19,522 nt of DNA, taken from assembly GCF_006345805.1 (NCBI RefSeq), contig NW_021824333.1, positions 1 to 19,522 of the forward strand, in the 5' to 3' direction. A program made the position numbers and the translations under genes. Each line of letters starts with the position of its first letter. Within the stretch, counting starts at the first letter, position 1. Below the pieces are notes generated by a model. That model was not told the DNA's origin. It did no database searches and saw only the letters and a program-made list of their open reading frames with translations. Below are positions 9,451-18,699 of the stretch, piece by piece. Source of the stretch: Octopus sinensis. Taxonomy: Eukaryota.

Positions 9451-10199
9451 TATTTCTTTATTGCCCACAAGGGGTTAAACATAGAGGGGACAAACAGATT
9501 AAGTCAATTACATCGACCCCAGTGCATAACTGGTACTTTATTTATCGACCCCGAAAGGATGAAAGGCAAAGTCGACCTCGGCGGAATTTGTACTCAGAAC
9601 GTAACGGCAGATGAAATACCTATTTCTTTATTACCCACAAGGGGCTAAACATAGAGGGAACAAACAAGGAAAGACATAGGTATTAAGTCGATTACATCGA
9701 CCCCAGTGCATAACTGGTACTTTATTTATCGACCCCGAAAGGATGAAAGGCAAAGTCGACCTCGGCGGAATTTGTACTCAGAATGTAACGGCAGATGAAA
9801 TACCTATTTCTTTATTACCCACAAGGGCTAACATAGAGGGAACAAACAAGGAAAGACATGGTATTAAGTCGATTACATCGACCCCAGTGCATAACTGGTA
9901 CTTTATTTATCGACCCCGAAAGGATGAAAGGCAAAGTCGACCTCGGCGAAGTACTCAGAATGTAACGGCAGATGAAATTCTATTTCTTTATTACCCACAA
10001 GGAGCTAAACATGGAGGGACAAACAAGGACAGCAAAGGGATTAAGTCGATACATCAACCCCAGCATAACGTTACTTAATTTATCGACCCCGAAATGATGA
10101 AAGGCAAAGTCGACCTCGGCGGAATTTGTACTCAGAACGTAACGGCAGACGAAATACGGATACGCATTTCGCCCGGCGTGCTAACGTTTCTGCCAGCTC
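9451..10199 (-). repeat. Tandem array of four family B SINE units (~170-220 bp)
   Basis: Units start at 9451, 9621, 9805 and 9981; only the last retains the full tRNA head. Confidence 0.9.
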
Positions 10200-10650
10200 A
10201 CAGCCCCAGACCCGCCAATGTCTTGTAAGTGAATTTGGTAGATGGAAACCGTGTGAAACCCTTTGTGTGTTGTGTGTGTGTAATATATCTTTTACTTGTT
10301 TCATTCATTAAACTGCTGCCATGCTGGGGTACTACCTAAAAGAATTTTAATAGCGATTTTGATGTCTATATCTAGCATGTTGACCGTCCACTTTTAGTGG
10401 TCAGTCCTTTAAATTTTGTATGTAAAAATATTTTACTCTTCGGATTTTTTAATATGCTAGGCCACTGGTTTAAATTGATTAATATCAATTTCTACCCTTA
10501 TTCAATTTTATATATTTATATATATATATAATATATAATATTAGGGAGTAAATCTATACTTACAGAGAAAAATTAGATTTAGGATTAAATCTAATTTCAG
10601 ACCCACCAATGCCTTGTAAGTGAATTTGGTAGATGGAAACCGTGTGAAAC

Positions 10651-10681
<31 letters not shown>

Positions 10682-10692
<11 letters not shown>

Positions 10693-11360
10693 TTCATCTT
10701 TTACTTGTATCATTCATTAGACTGCTGCCATGCTGGGGTACTACCTAAAAGAATTTTAATCAAACAAATTGGCCCAAAGACTTATTTTTTGAAGCCTGGT
10801 ACTTATTATAGGCGCAGGAGTGGCTGTGTGGTAGTAGCTTGTTTACCAACCACATGGTTCCGGGTTCAGTCCGACTGCATGGCACCTTGGGCAAGTGTCT
10901 TCTACTATAGCCTCGGGCCGACCAAAGCCTTGTGAGTGGATTTGGTAGACGGAAAACTGAAAGAAGCCCGTTGTATATATGTATATATGTATATATGCGG
11001 TGTGTGTGTTGTGTGTGTGTGTTGTGTGTGTGTGTAATATATATTTCATCTTTTACTTGTATCATTCATTAGACTGCTGCCATGCTGGGGTACTACCTAA
11101 AAGAATTTTAATCAAACAAATTGGCCCAAGGACTTATTTTTTGAAGCCTGGTACTTATTATAGGCGCAGGAGTGGCTGTGTGGTAAGTAGCTTGTTTACC
11201 AACCACATGGTTCCGGGTTCAGTCCGACTGCATGGCACCTTGGGCAAGTGTCTTCTACTATAGCCTCGGGCCGACCAAAGCCTTGTGAGTGGATTTGGTA
11301 GACGGAAAACTGAAAGAAGCCCGTTGTATATATGTATATGTATATATGCGTGTGTGTGTG
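10682..11360 (+). repeat. Tandem duplication of a ~352-bp unit (old minus-strand A tail plus young A head)
   Basis: 10682-11033 and 11034-~11360 are near-identical and share private variants AGTCCGACTGCATGG and GACGGAAAACTG; the boundaries lie in (TG)n. Confidence 0.9.
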
Positions 11361-11557
11361 TTTGTCCCTCTAGCATTGCTTGACAACCGATGCTGGTGTG
11401 TTTACGTTCCCGTTACTTAGCGGTTCGGCAAAACAGACCGATAGAATAAGTACTGGGCTTACAAAAAGAATAAGTCCCAGGGTCGAGTTGCTCGATTAAA
11501 GGCGGTGCTCCAGCATGGCCGCAGTCAAATGACTGAAACAAGTAAAAGAGTAAAGAG
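11162..11557 (+). mobile_element. SINE family A, full length, inserted into an older antisense family A tail
   Basis: The old tail breaks at ...GGTACTTATT and resumes at 11558 as TATTCTATCAATCTC. Confidence 0.85.
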
Positions 11558-11682
11558 TATTCTATCAATCTCATTTGCCAAACCAATAAAGTTGCAGGGA
11601 TGTAAATAAACCAACAACAGTTGCTAAACAGTAGCAGGGACCACAAACACCAATGCAGTGTTTCAGCACTCCTCATTGATAT

Positions 11683-11738
11683 TTACATATATATATATGT
11701 GTGTATATATACACACACACACACATATATATATATAT

Positions 11739-11771
<33 letters not shown>

Positions 11772-11845
11772 CACACACATATATATACACACACACACAC
11801 ATATATATATACACACACACACACACATATATATATACACACACA

Positions 11846-11887
<42 letters not shown>

Positions 11888-11910
11888 CATACACACACAC
11901 ACACATATAT

Positions 11911-11941
<31 letters not shown>

Positions 11942-11983
11942 CACACACACACACACATATATATATATACACACACACACATA

Positions 11984-12017
<34 letters not shown>

Positions 12018-12018
12018 T
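11683..12018. repeat. Compound (TA)n(CA)n microsatellite followed by (AAT)n
   Basis: Directly visible; explains the His/Thr/Tyr/Ile and Val/Cys pseudo-ORFs. Confidence 0.95.
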
Positions 12019-12500
12019 TAGGGAGTAAATCCAAACTTACAGAGAAAAATTAGATTTAGGATTAAATCTAATTTCACAGTATAAATATAAATAAAAATAG
12101 AGATAAAACCACTATTAGGCAAATCAAACAGTGAAAGACATAATCGTTAAAGTTTCTAGTTTGATAATAGAGTTTTTTATAAGAAAAATTATTATTTTAT
12201 TTATTTCTTAAAAAAAAATATTGTTTAAATATATTTATGACATAATCATAATCATTAAAGTTTCTAGTTTGATAATAGAATTTTTTATAAGAAAAATTAT
12301 TATTTTATTTATTTCTTTAAAAAATATTGTTTAAATATATTTATTTATTTATTTAACTATTATCATTAACCTGAAGATTGACTATAACCATAATTCGAAT
12401 TATTAATTGAATTTCAATTATTGTAATTCGAATTAGGTTATGGGAACGAAACGTACGTAGTGGTTTTACTTTTTATCTTATATTAAACTTTTTAATACTT
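12016..12500 (+). repeat. Extended family P repeat with a ~105-bp internal tandem duplication and a hammerhead-like motif
   Basis: P consensus at 12016-12140; duplicated ..ATAATC.TTAAAGTTTCTAGTTTGATAATAGA.. at ~12139 and ~12246; CTGAAGA...GAAACGTACGTA at 12371-12459. Confidence 0.65.
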
Positions 12501-12717
12501 TTTGATAGTTATATATATTTAAAATTAAAATTAAAAAAATAAAAATTAAAAAAATTTATTTATATATATTTATAAATATAAATTAATGATTTTAAATATT
12601 GTTATATTTCGGAATGGTCATATTGCCAGTTTAGCCAATAAAAACACACGCACTATATATTTGGTGTTATTTTGCTTCAGTGATATTTATTTTTTACACT
12701 AATCTTAATCTTATTTC

Positions 12718-12762
12718 GGCCAGAGTTCTTTCGTCACACTCCTGTGACCGCATCAGTGGTCC
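12718..12762 (-). ncRNA. Degenerate type I hammerhead-like motif
   Basis: GGACCA-CUGAUGC-G-GUCAC-AGGAGU-GUGAC-GAAA-GAACUC^UGGCC. A9 is replaced by C, and there is an extra G and a bulge in stem I. Confidence 0.45.
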
Positions 12763-13091
12763 TTTGTTTTCTTCTTTCGTATTTGTGTCTCTCCTTACTA
12801 ACCGTCAACCATTTTGTATTTCTATTGTATGTCTTCATTTGCGCATGCTTATATCTCTATGTGCGTCTATGTTTATTTAGTGTGTGGGGGGGGGGATGCC
12901 TGTAATATTTGTATCTTCTGTTTATATACATTCATGTAATTTGTATTTTGTTTTTGTTGTTGTTGCTTTTGTTCTAATTTTGTTCATGTGTTTACATCCA
13001 CCCATTATTATCATTACATATGCTTGTATGTATGTATAACAACAATATTAGTAATAATAATAATAAATCTAATCGAAAAAAAAAGGAGAAA

Positions 13092-13136
<45 letters not shown>

Positions 13137-13311
13137 TATACACATATACATATATATTTATTGAAATGGATAAATGAATTATCTTGTTAAGGATTATTCA
13201 AAATTTAACCGATACCTGGGTAGCAAAAATCACAACAGAAAAAACACGGTTGAAGTTACGACCTTGAGGTGTCGCAACCGTGCCTTAGCGCGGATAATTG
13301 AAGTTTAATAT

Positions 13312-13657
13312 ATTTAGTGAAGGGAAGAAATGGAGCTGAACGAAGATTCTACGGAATTCCTTTTATTATTTTCTACACATGTTTCAAAGGCCGCAAATTT
13401 CCAAATTCGGACTGAATAAGGAGACCTTTGCAGCTTTTCTTCAGGAAAATCCAGGAATTTAAAACTCCAAAACAAATGTGCAGCAAGGTATTCGAACAAA
13501 ACGCTCCTTAGGAGCCCATGAATAGCACAAAACTGCAAAATGGTCTCCTTATTCAGTCCGAATTTGGAAATTTGCGCGCCTTTGAAACATGTGTAGAAAA
13601 TAATAAAAGGAATTCCGTAGAATCTTCGTTCAGCTCCATTTCTTCCCTTCACTAAAT
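13312..13657. mobile_element. Fold-back/MITE-like element with ~122-bp near-perfect terminal inverted repeats
   Basis: 13312-13433 is the reverse complement of 13533-13657 with only small indels; the spacer is ~99 bp and the flanks are TA. Confidence 0.8.
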
Positions 13658-13824
13658 ATATATATATATACATACATATATATATATATACATATATATA
13701 CATATATATATATATACACATACATATACATACATAGATATATATATACATATATATAGTTATTCATTTCTATTTGTTTATTTATCTGTGTATTTATTTA
13801 TTATGGTTTCGGGATCCTCTATCG

Positions 13825-14632
13825 TCATATGTTGTGGTGTGTGCTATTGCTCCATTCTAGTTTTCTATTCAGGCTAGGTTTATTTTCTATTATATGTGTA
13901 GCTTCTGTAATTTGTCTAATTGTTGCATCTGTTCTATGTGTGGACAATATCTTAATCTCTATGTTATTGATTGATCCCCCGTGTTCCTGTTCGGCGTGTT
14001 GGTACAGAATCGATGAGCTTTTACCTTCCTTGAGTTGTCTCCAATGTTCATTCACCGCTCTCCATGCTTCTTGCCGTTTCCCCTACGTATGTTATTGTCT
14101 TGTTACTGCATCGTCCTTCTATACATCTTATACTATAGACTACATTTCTGGCTTTACAGTTTGTGTGGGCTAAATCTACATACAGTGCAATAGTTATCCG
14201 TACAGAGGGTTCTACTAAAAGGATAGGTTCTACCAATTATAGATTTGATAGGGTTGCCTGGCTTTTCTACAACCTTAATTCTTAGTTTAAGTTTATCTAG
14301 GGTCCTTCTAAAGCGGTACGCCAGTTCACCTCCAGGGGTGGTGTCAACGAACATGACACTCTGGTATTTATGGCTATCATACCAAGAGTTGGCCTTCCCT
14401 ATTTTCTTTTTTGTCCTTTCTATAGTGTTCCATGACTTGTTCCTATAGAGTGGGCAAATTCCATTCCTATCATTACATAATATATTATCAAATTTCTTCA
14501 TGGCTCCTTTGTATACTCTGATCCTTTCTTTATGGCTGTAACCTGAGAACTGCATGCGGTGAATGAAATACTGTATGTGTCTCTTTAATTCTGTAGGCTC
14601 GCACATGCGGGACACATTTCTCATTATTCTTA
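13825..14632 (-). pseudogene. 5'-truncated Penelope-like retroelement ORF: RT thumb/linker plus C-terminal GIY-YIG endonuclease
   Basis: RIMRNVS..RMQFSGYS..PLYR..W..VMFVDTTPGGELA..VVEKPG, a Cys-rich linker (CTDNYCTVC), then CKARNVVYSIRCIEGRC..TYVGETARS (GIY-YIG) and NEHW..LYQHAEQEH..IKILS..RQITEA..KPSLN. The reading spans ORFs 14154-14660, 14048-14236 and 13825-14055, joined by two 1-nt frameshifts. Confidence 0.9.
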
Positions 14633-14828
14633 TTTTTATGTTTTGGTTTATGTTTTTCACTGTGTTGATTTGCCTAATAGTGGTTTTATCTCTAATTTAA
14701 TTTATATATATATATATATATATATATAAATTATATATAAATATAAGGGAATATTATTCCAAACTTACAGGGAAAAATTCAATTTAGAAATACTAAATCA
14801 AATTTCACAAAATATAATATACATACAT

Positions 14829-15230
14829 GAGTGGCTGTGTGGTAAGTAGCTTGTTTACCAACCACATGGTTCCGGGTTCAGTCCCACTGCGTGGCACCTT
14901 GGGCAAGTGTCTTCTACTATAGCCTCGGGCCGACCAACGCCTTGTGAGTGGATTTGGTAGACGGAAACTGAAAGAAGCCTGTCGTATATATGTATATATA
15001 TATATGTATGTGTGTGTGTTTGTGTGTCTGTGTTTGTCCCCCTAGCATTGCTTGACAACCAATGCTGGTGTGTTTATGTCTCCGTTACTTAGCGGTTCGG
15101 CAAAAAGAGACCAATAGAATAAGTACTGGGCTTACAAAGAATAAGTCCCGGGGTCGAGTTGCTCGATTAAAGGCGGTGCTCCAGCATGGCCGCAGTCAAA
15201 TGACTGAAACAAGTAAAAGAGAAAAAGAGA
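14829..15230 (+). mobile_element. SINE family A, near full length
   Basis: Family A match lacking the first few nucleotides of the head. Confidence 0.9.
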
Positions 15231-15233
15231 ATA

Positions 15234-15394
15234 AATTAGAAAAAAAAAACACCTTTTAAATTATACCATTTAGAAAAATTACATCTTATAGAAAGATTAA
15301 AAAAGATTAATCTTTCTATAAGATGTAATTTTTCTAAATGGTATAATTTAATTTTTCGTTATTCAATTGATAAAAGGTGGGTTTTTTTCTAATT
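15234..15394. repeat. Long palindrome with perfect 45-bp arms and a 6-nt loop, plus imperfect outer arms
   Basis: 15256-15300 is the exact reverse complement of 15307-15351. Outer arms AATTAGAAAAA..CACCTTTT and AAAAGGTG..TTTTCTAATT. Confidence 0.9.
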
Positions 15395-15920
15395 TATATA
15401 TATACACACACACACACACACATATATCGAAATGTTAGTGGCAAGCAGTGTTTAGGCATAAGCAAAATTTAGGTTAGTTATGTTTGTGACATATTTTAAC
15501 TGCTAAAAGGCAAATTCACTGTAGTTACCATGGAGAAAATGTCTCTTTTATGATAAAAAGGGGTGAAAACAGCCAGTTTGTTCAGTGTTGCCATCTATCA
15601 GGATATCCTAGACGTCAATGTTTTGAGGTTTTTGACTCTTGTCAATGGGATGTACCAAAGAGAGGCAACTCTGAAAAAACTTAGAGAGAGGCTTCCTTCA
15701 GTTTCCACCTACCAAATTTATTCACAACAACCTTTGTCATTTCCTCTGCCACCTCCACCACTACAACTGTCACTGCCACTGACACTAAAACATGAACAAG
15801 CCAATGAGGGAGGCCTCTTTACAGTAGCTCAGCCTGCTGGAAATGATAGCCAAGCTTTCCTCACAAAGCACCCATCTTCTCAGTCAGCAAAAGACATTAG
15901 ATCATGCAGAACTAAATATA

Positions 15921-16318
15921 TCTTTATATATAAAAGTGAGGTTGTGTGTCTGTCTCCTACGATTTAGATTCCTAACTACTCCCACATTTTGCGGTGCAGT
16001 TTAACCAAAACCGGGTATCTTATAGTCGTGATTCATATCGAGCCCTTCTGGGTTAGCACACGTCTACGATGAGTCTACGATTTAAAAAAAAAATTACCAT
16101 AATTTTTTTTCCATTTTAATGCATTTTTTCCGCTATTATCTAAGGGAAGTAACTCTCTAAAAATGTCTACGATGAGTCAACGATTTAAAAAAAAATTTAC
16201 CATAATTTTTTTTCCATTTTTAATGCATTTTTTTGCTATTTTTTGGCTATAACTCTCTAAAAATGCTTATATAGTTATTTCCCTTACAAACCCGAGCAAC
16301 GCCGGGCGATACTGCTAG
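15921..16318 (+). mobile_element. Non-autonomous Helitron
   Basis: A|TC 5' end (TCTTTATATATAAAA), GC-rich subterminal hairpin CCCGAGCAACGCCGGG at 16291-16306, and CTAG|T 3' end at 16315-16318 with no TSD. Internal ~100-bp tandem duplication at 16062-16264. Confidence 0.8.
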
Positions 16319-16724
16319 TTACATCTAAAAACAAAATGAGATGTTTATGGCTGGAACATTCTTCATCATAGATTTTCTTAGCCAAGGCTGACTGAAGCTA
16401 AAAAAAAATTACCCTTTCCCTCTTTTTGTTTATCCTTGACCCAAATTCCTGAGAAAATGGAGGGAATGCTTTTTTTTCTCCTTTTTTTTTTTTAGGGACC
16501 ACTTTTTATCTTCACATTCTTTATAGATACTGATTTCATATATACGAAATTTAGCTGCTGTTTCTAACCGCTAAAGCAACCATATTCTTGTTGTTGTTGC
16601 TATTGGGGAAATTTTACTGCTATTTCTGAGTTGGTGGTGGTGGTGGTGGTCATGGTGTTCTTAGCAAGTGCTTCTATTGAGGGAGATTTGACTGTTATTT
16701 CTATCAGGGAAAGTGATGGCATGT

Positions 16725-17037
16725 GGAGGCGCAATGGCCCAGTGGTTAGGGCAGCGAACTCGCGGTTGGAGGATCGCGGTTTCAATTCCCAGACCGGGTG
16801 TTGTGTGTGTTTATTGAGCGAAAACACCTAAAGCTCCACAAGGCTCCAGCAGCAGGGGGTGGCAGCCCCTGTTGTATTCTTTCGCCCCAACTTTCTCTCA
16901 CTCTTTCTTCCTGTTCTTAAGTAACGTTGCGATGGACTGGCGTCCCGTCCAGCTGGGGGGAATACATATGCCATAGAAACTGGGAAACCGGGCCCATAAA
17001 CCTGGCTAGGCTTGAAAAGGGTACATAAATAAATTAA
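16725..17037 (+). mobile_element. tRNA-derived SINE with a V-domain-like core
   Basis: A box TGGCCCAGTGG (16735), B box GGTTTCAATTCC (~16778), and GCGATGGACTGGCGTCCCGTCCAG (16929-16952), which resembles the V-SINE conserved domain as I recall it. Confidence 0.7.
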
Positions 17038-17121
17038 GTGATGGCATAAAAGTTCTTTTGTTCATGGTACAGTCATTGTGTCAATGGTGGTTGTCATGGT
17101 GGACATAGTGGTGTTAGTGAA

Positions 17122-17897
17122 GGCACGTGGTTTAGTAGTTAGGGTATTTGGCTCACGATCATAAGGTCATAAGTTCAATTCTTTGACTTGACTTGACTTG
17201 ACAGCATTCAACCAGGGTGGGTTGAGCTGGCTTCATTCATCCTCAATGCTGCATCTCTCACAAACGCCAACCAGGCCTGGCGATTTAAGGCTAACGACCG
17301 CGTGATATCCAACCACTTCTTATTCCAGCAGCAAACGCCGTAGATATGGGGGCTTAGGTTGGGTTCCAGATCAGCCTTGACTGTCATCAGCCAGGTTTTT
17401 CATTGTCCACCACATCGCTTTCGCCAACTCTGAAGAGGGAGCTGGGGCAATTGCTTCATAGATGAATTCTCCTGGTTGACGACGGAGGGCATGACCCAGC
17501 CAACGTAGACGTCTCGTTAAGATGACTTGTCGGAGGGAGGTGATTTTGCACTGGTGTTGCACCTAATTGTTGGAGACAAAGTGATGCCATTGGACACGAA
17601 GGATGCGGCATAGACAGAGGTGATCGAAGGATTCTAGTCGCTTAATATCTTCAATTCTTTGAGCAAGTCACTTTATTTCACATTGCTTCAGTTCACTCAG
17701 CTGGCAAAAATGTATTGTACCTGTATTTCAAAGGGCCAACCTTGTTAAATTTTGCCATAGTGAATCTCCCTGAGAAATTTGTTAAGAGAACGCATGTCCA
17801 TGGAGCACTCAGCCACTTGCTTGTTAATTTCACAAGTAGAGTGTTCCATAGATCGGATCCACTGGAACTCTTGTCATCATAACCGACGGAGCACCAG
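17122..17897 (+). mobile_element. Degenerate tRNA-derived SINE (family D) split by an RTE insertion
   Basis: A-box-like TGGTTTAGTAG, B-box-like AGTTCAATTC at ~17172-17181; the sequence continues as TTTGAGCAAGTCACTTTATTTCAC after 17650. Confidence 0.6.
17183..17649 (-). mobile_element. 5'-truncated RTE-clade LINE 3' end with (CAAGT)n tail and 13-bp TSD
   Basis: EDIKRLESFDHLCLCRILRVQWHHFVSN*..RRLRWLGHALRR..KTWLMTVKADL..W..LALNRQAW..ASSTHPG* (stop at 17208-17210). The tail lies at 17183-17202, and TTCAATTCTTTGA occurs at both 17174-17186 and 17650-17662. Confidence 0.9.
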
Positions 17898-17979
17898 TTT
17901 TTTTGTGGTTTTAGCGGGGCTTTAGCTGAAAGAAATTTAACAGCTATTTCTAGCATAAAGACTTCCCTGTCGACAGGTA

Positions 17980-18140
17980 CCATATTTTGATGAGTATAAA
18001 GAACCCTCTTTTGTCAAAAATTAGGTTAAAAAAATATGGGAGTTTCTTGTACATAAACAGTATTATAATTCCTTACAAAACCATTTTTCCGAATTTTAAG
18101 CCCCAAAAATTAGGGGGTCCTTATACACATTAAAATACAG
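17980..18140. mobile_element. Degenerate Tc1/mariner-pogo-type MITE
   Basis: TA|CCATATTTTGATGAGTATAAAGAACCC and GGGGGTCCTTATACACATTAAAATACAG|TA: ~27-bp TIR with about 20 matches and TA on both flanks. Confidence 0.55.
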
Positions 18141-18651
18141 TACATCTTTATCAAGGCCAGTGAGAATCGACTCCAATGGGATTTGAACTCAGACCAGAGA
18201 AGAATGAAACAAAATACCAAATGACACTTGTTCATTATCTTCAGTCACTGTGCCAGCCAGCAATAGAATCAATGTTTCCAAGAAATCAGCGACGCTGTGA
18301 CTTTACAGTTCCTGTTGTCATAGAAATAAGTAAATGAATTCAATCTATCGATTATGCTGGAGTCAATGTGACCATTAGCGTTTATGGTTTTCAAGAAGAC
18401 AGCTGTTGATATTATTGATCAAATTATCATCAACATAAGCTTTATCATAGCCAGCATCCACACAGTTTAAAGTTTAGTTAGGATATAATGATGCATGCAT
18501 ATAAAGTACTCTATCATATTCACACATATACAGAGCCATTGAAGTTGTATCATTCAAAAGCTAAAACAATGCTAAGACGCATATCGTAACCAGTGGTATA
18601 TAACAATATCCAAGTCTGGTTGATGTAGTGGTGTGTGTGTATATATATCTG

Positions 18652-18689
<38 letters not shown>

Positions 18690-18699
18690 TACATATATA

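Noticed and set aside
11621-12053. Six overlapping ORFs of 97-135 aa rich in H/T/Y/I or V/C
   Set aside because: They are translations of the (TA)n(CA)n microsatellite, which lacks stops in several frames.
12596-12690. CTGAAGC...CCGAAATATA on the minus strand as another hammerhead
   Set aside because: No convincing stem I or stem II pairing.
13314-13751. 145-aa ORF across the fold-back element
   Set aside because: It starts in (TA)n and reads through inverted repeats; no transposase motifs.
13775-13830. Hammerhead-like ATGACGA..GGATCCC-GAAAC-CATA on the minus strand right after the PLE stop
   Set aside because: C3 is missing, stem II is barely formed and there is no proper stem III; the position is suggestive but the motif is too decayed to support.
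523-15259. Recurrent ORFs such as MSSNARG.. and ..CPRCHAVGLNPEPCGW with apparent CxxC motifs
   Set aside because: All map to SINE family A copies; recurrence reflects the repeat, not a protein family.
15563-15967. 134-aa ORF as a host exon
   Set aside because: No recognisable domain; it includes a decayed family A fragment and runs into the Helitron 5' end.
17966-17977. 12-bp palindrome CCTGTCGACAGG beside the MITE TA site
   Set aside because: A single short palindrome is compatible with chance in 19.5 kb.
18240-18630. Non-repetitive stretch tested as an exon, NUMT or decayed transposase
   Set aside because: Frames I translated had frequent stops and no motif I recognise; BLASTx would be needed.
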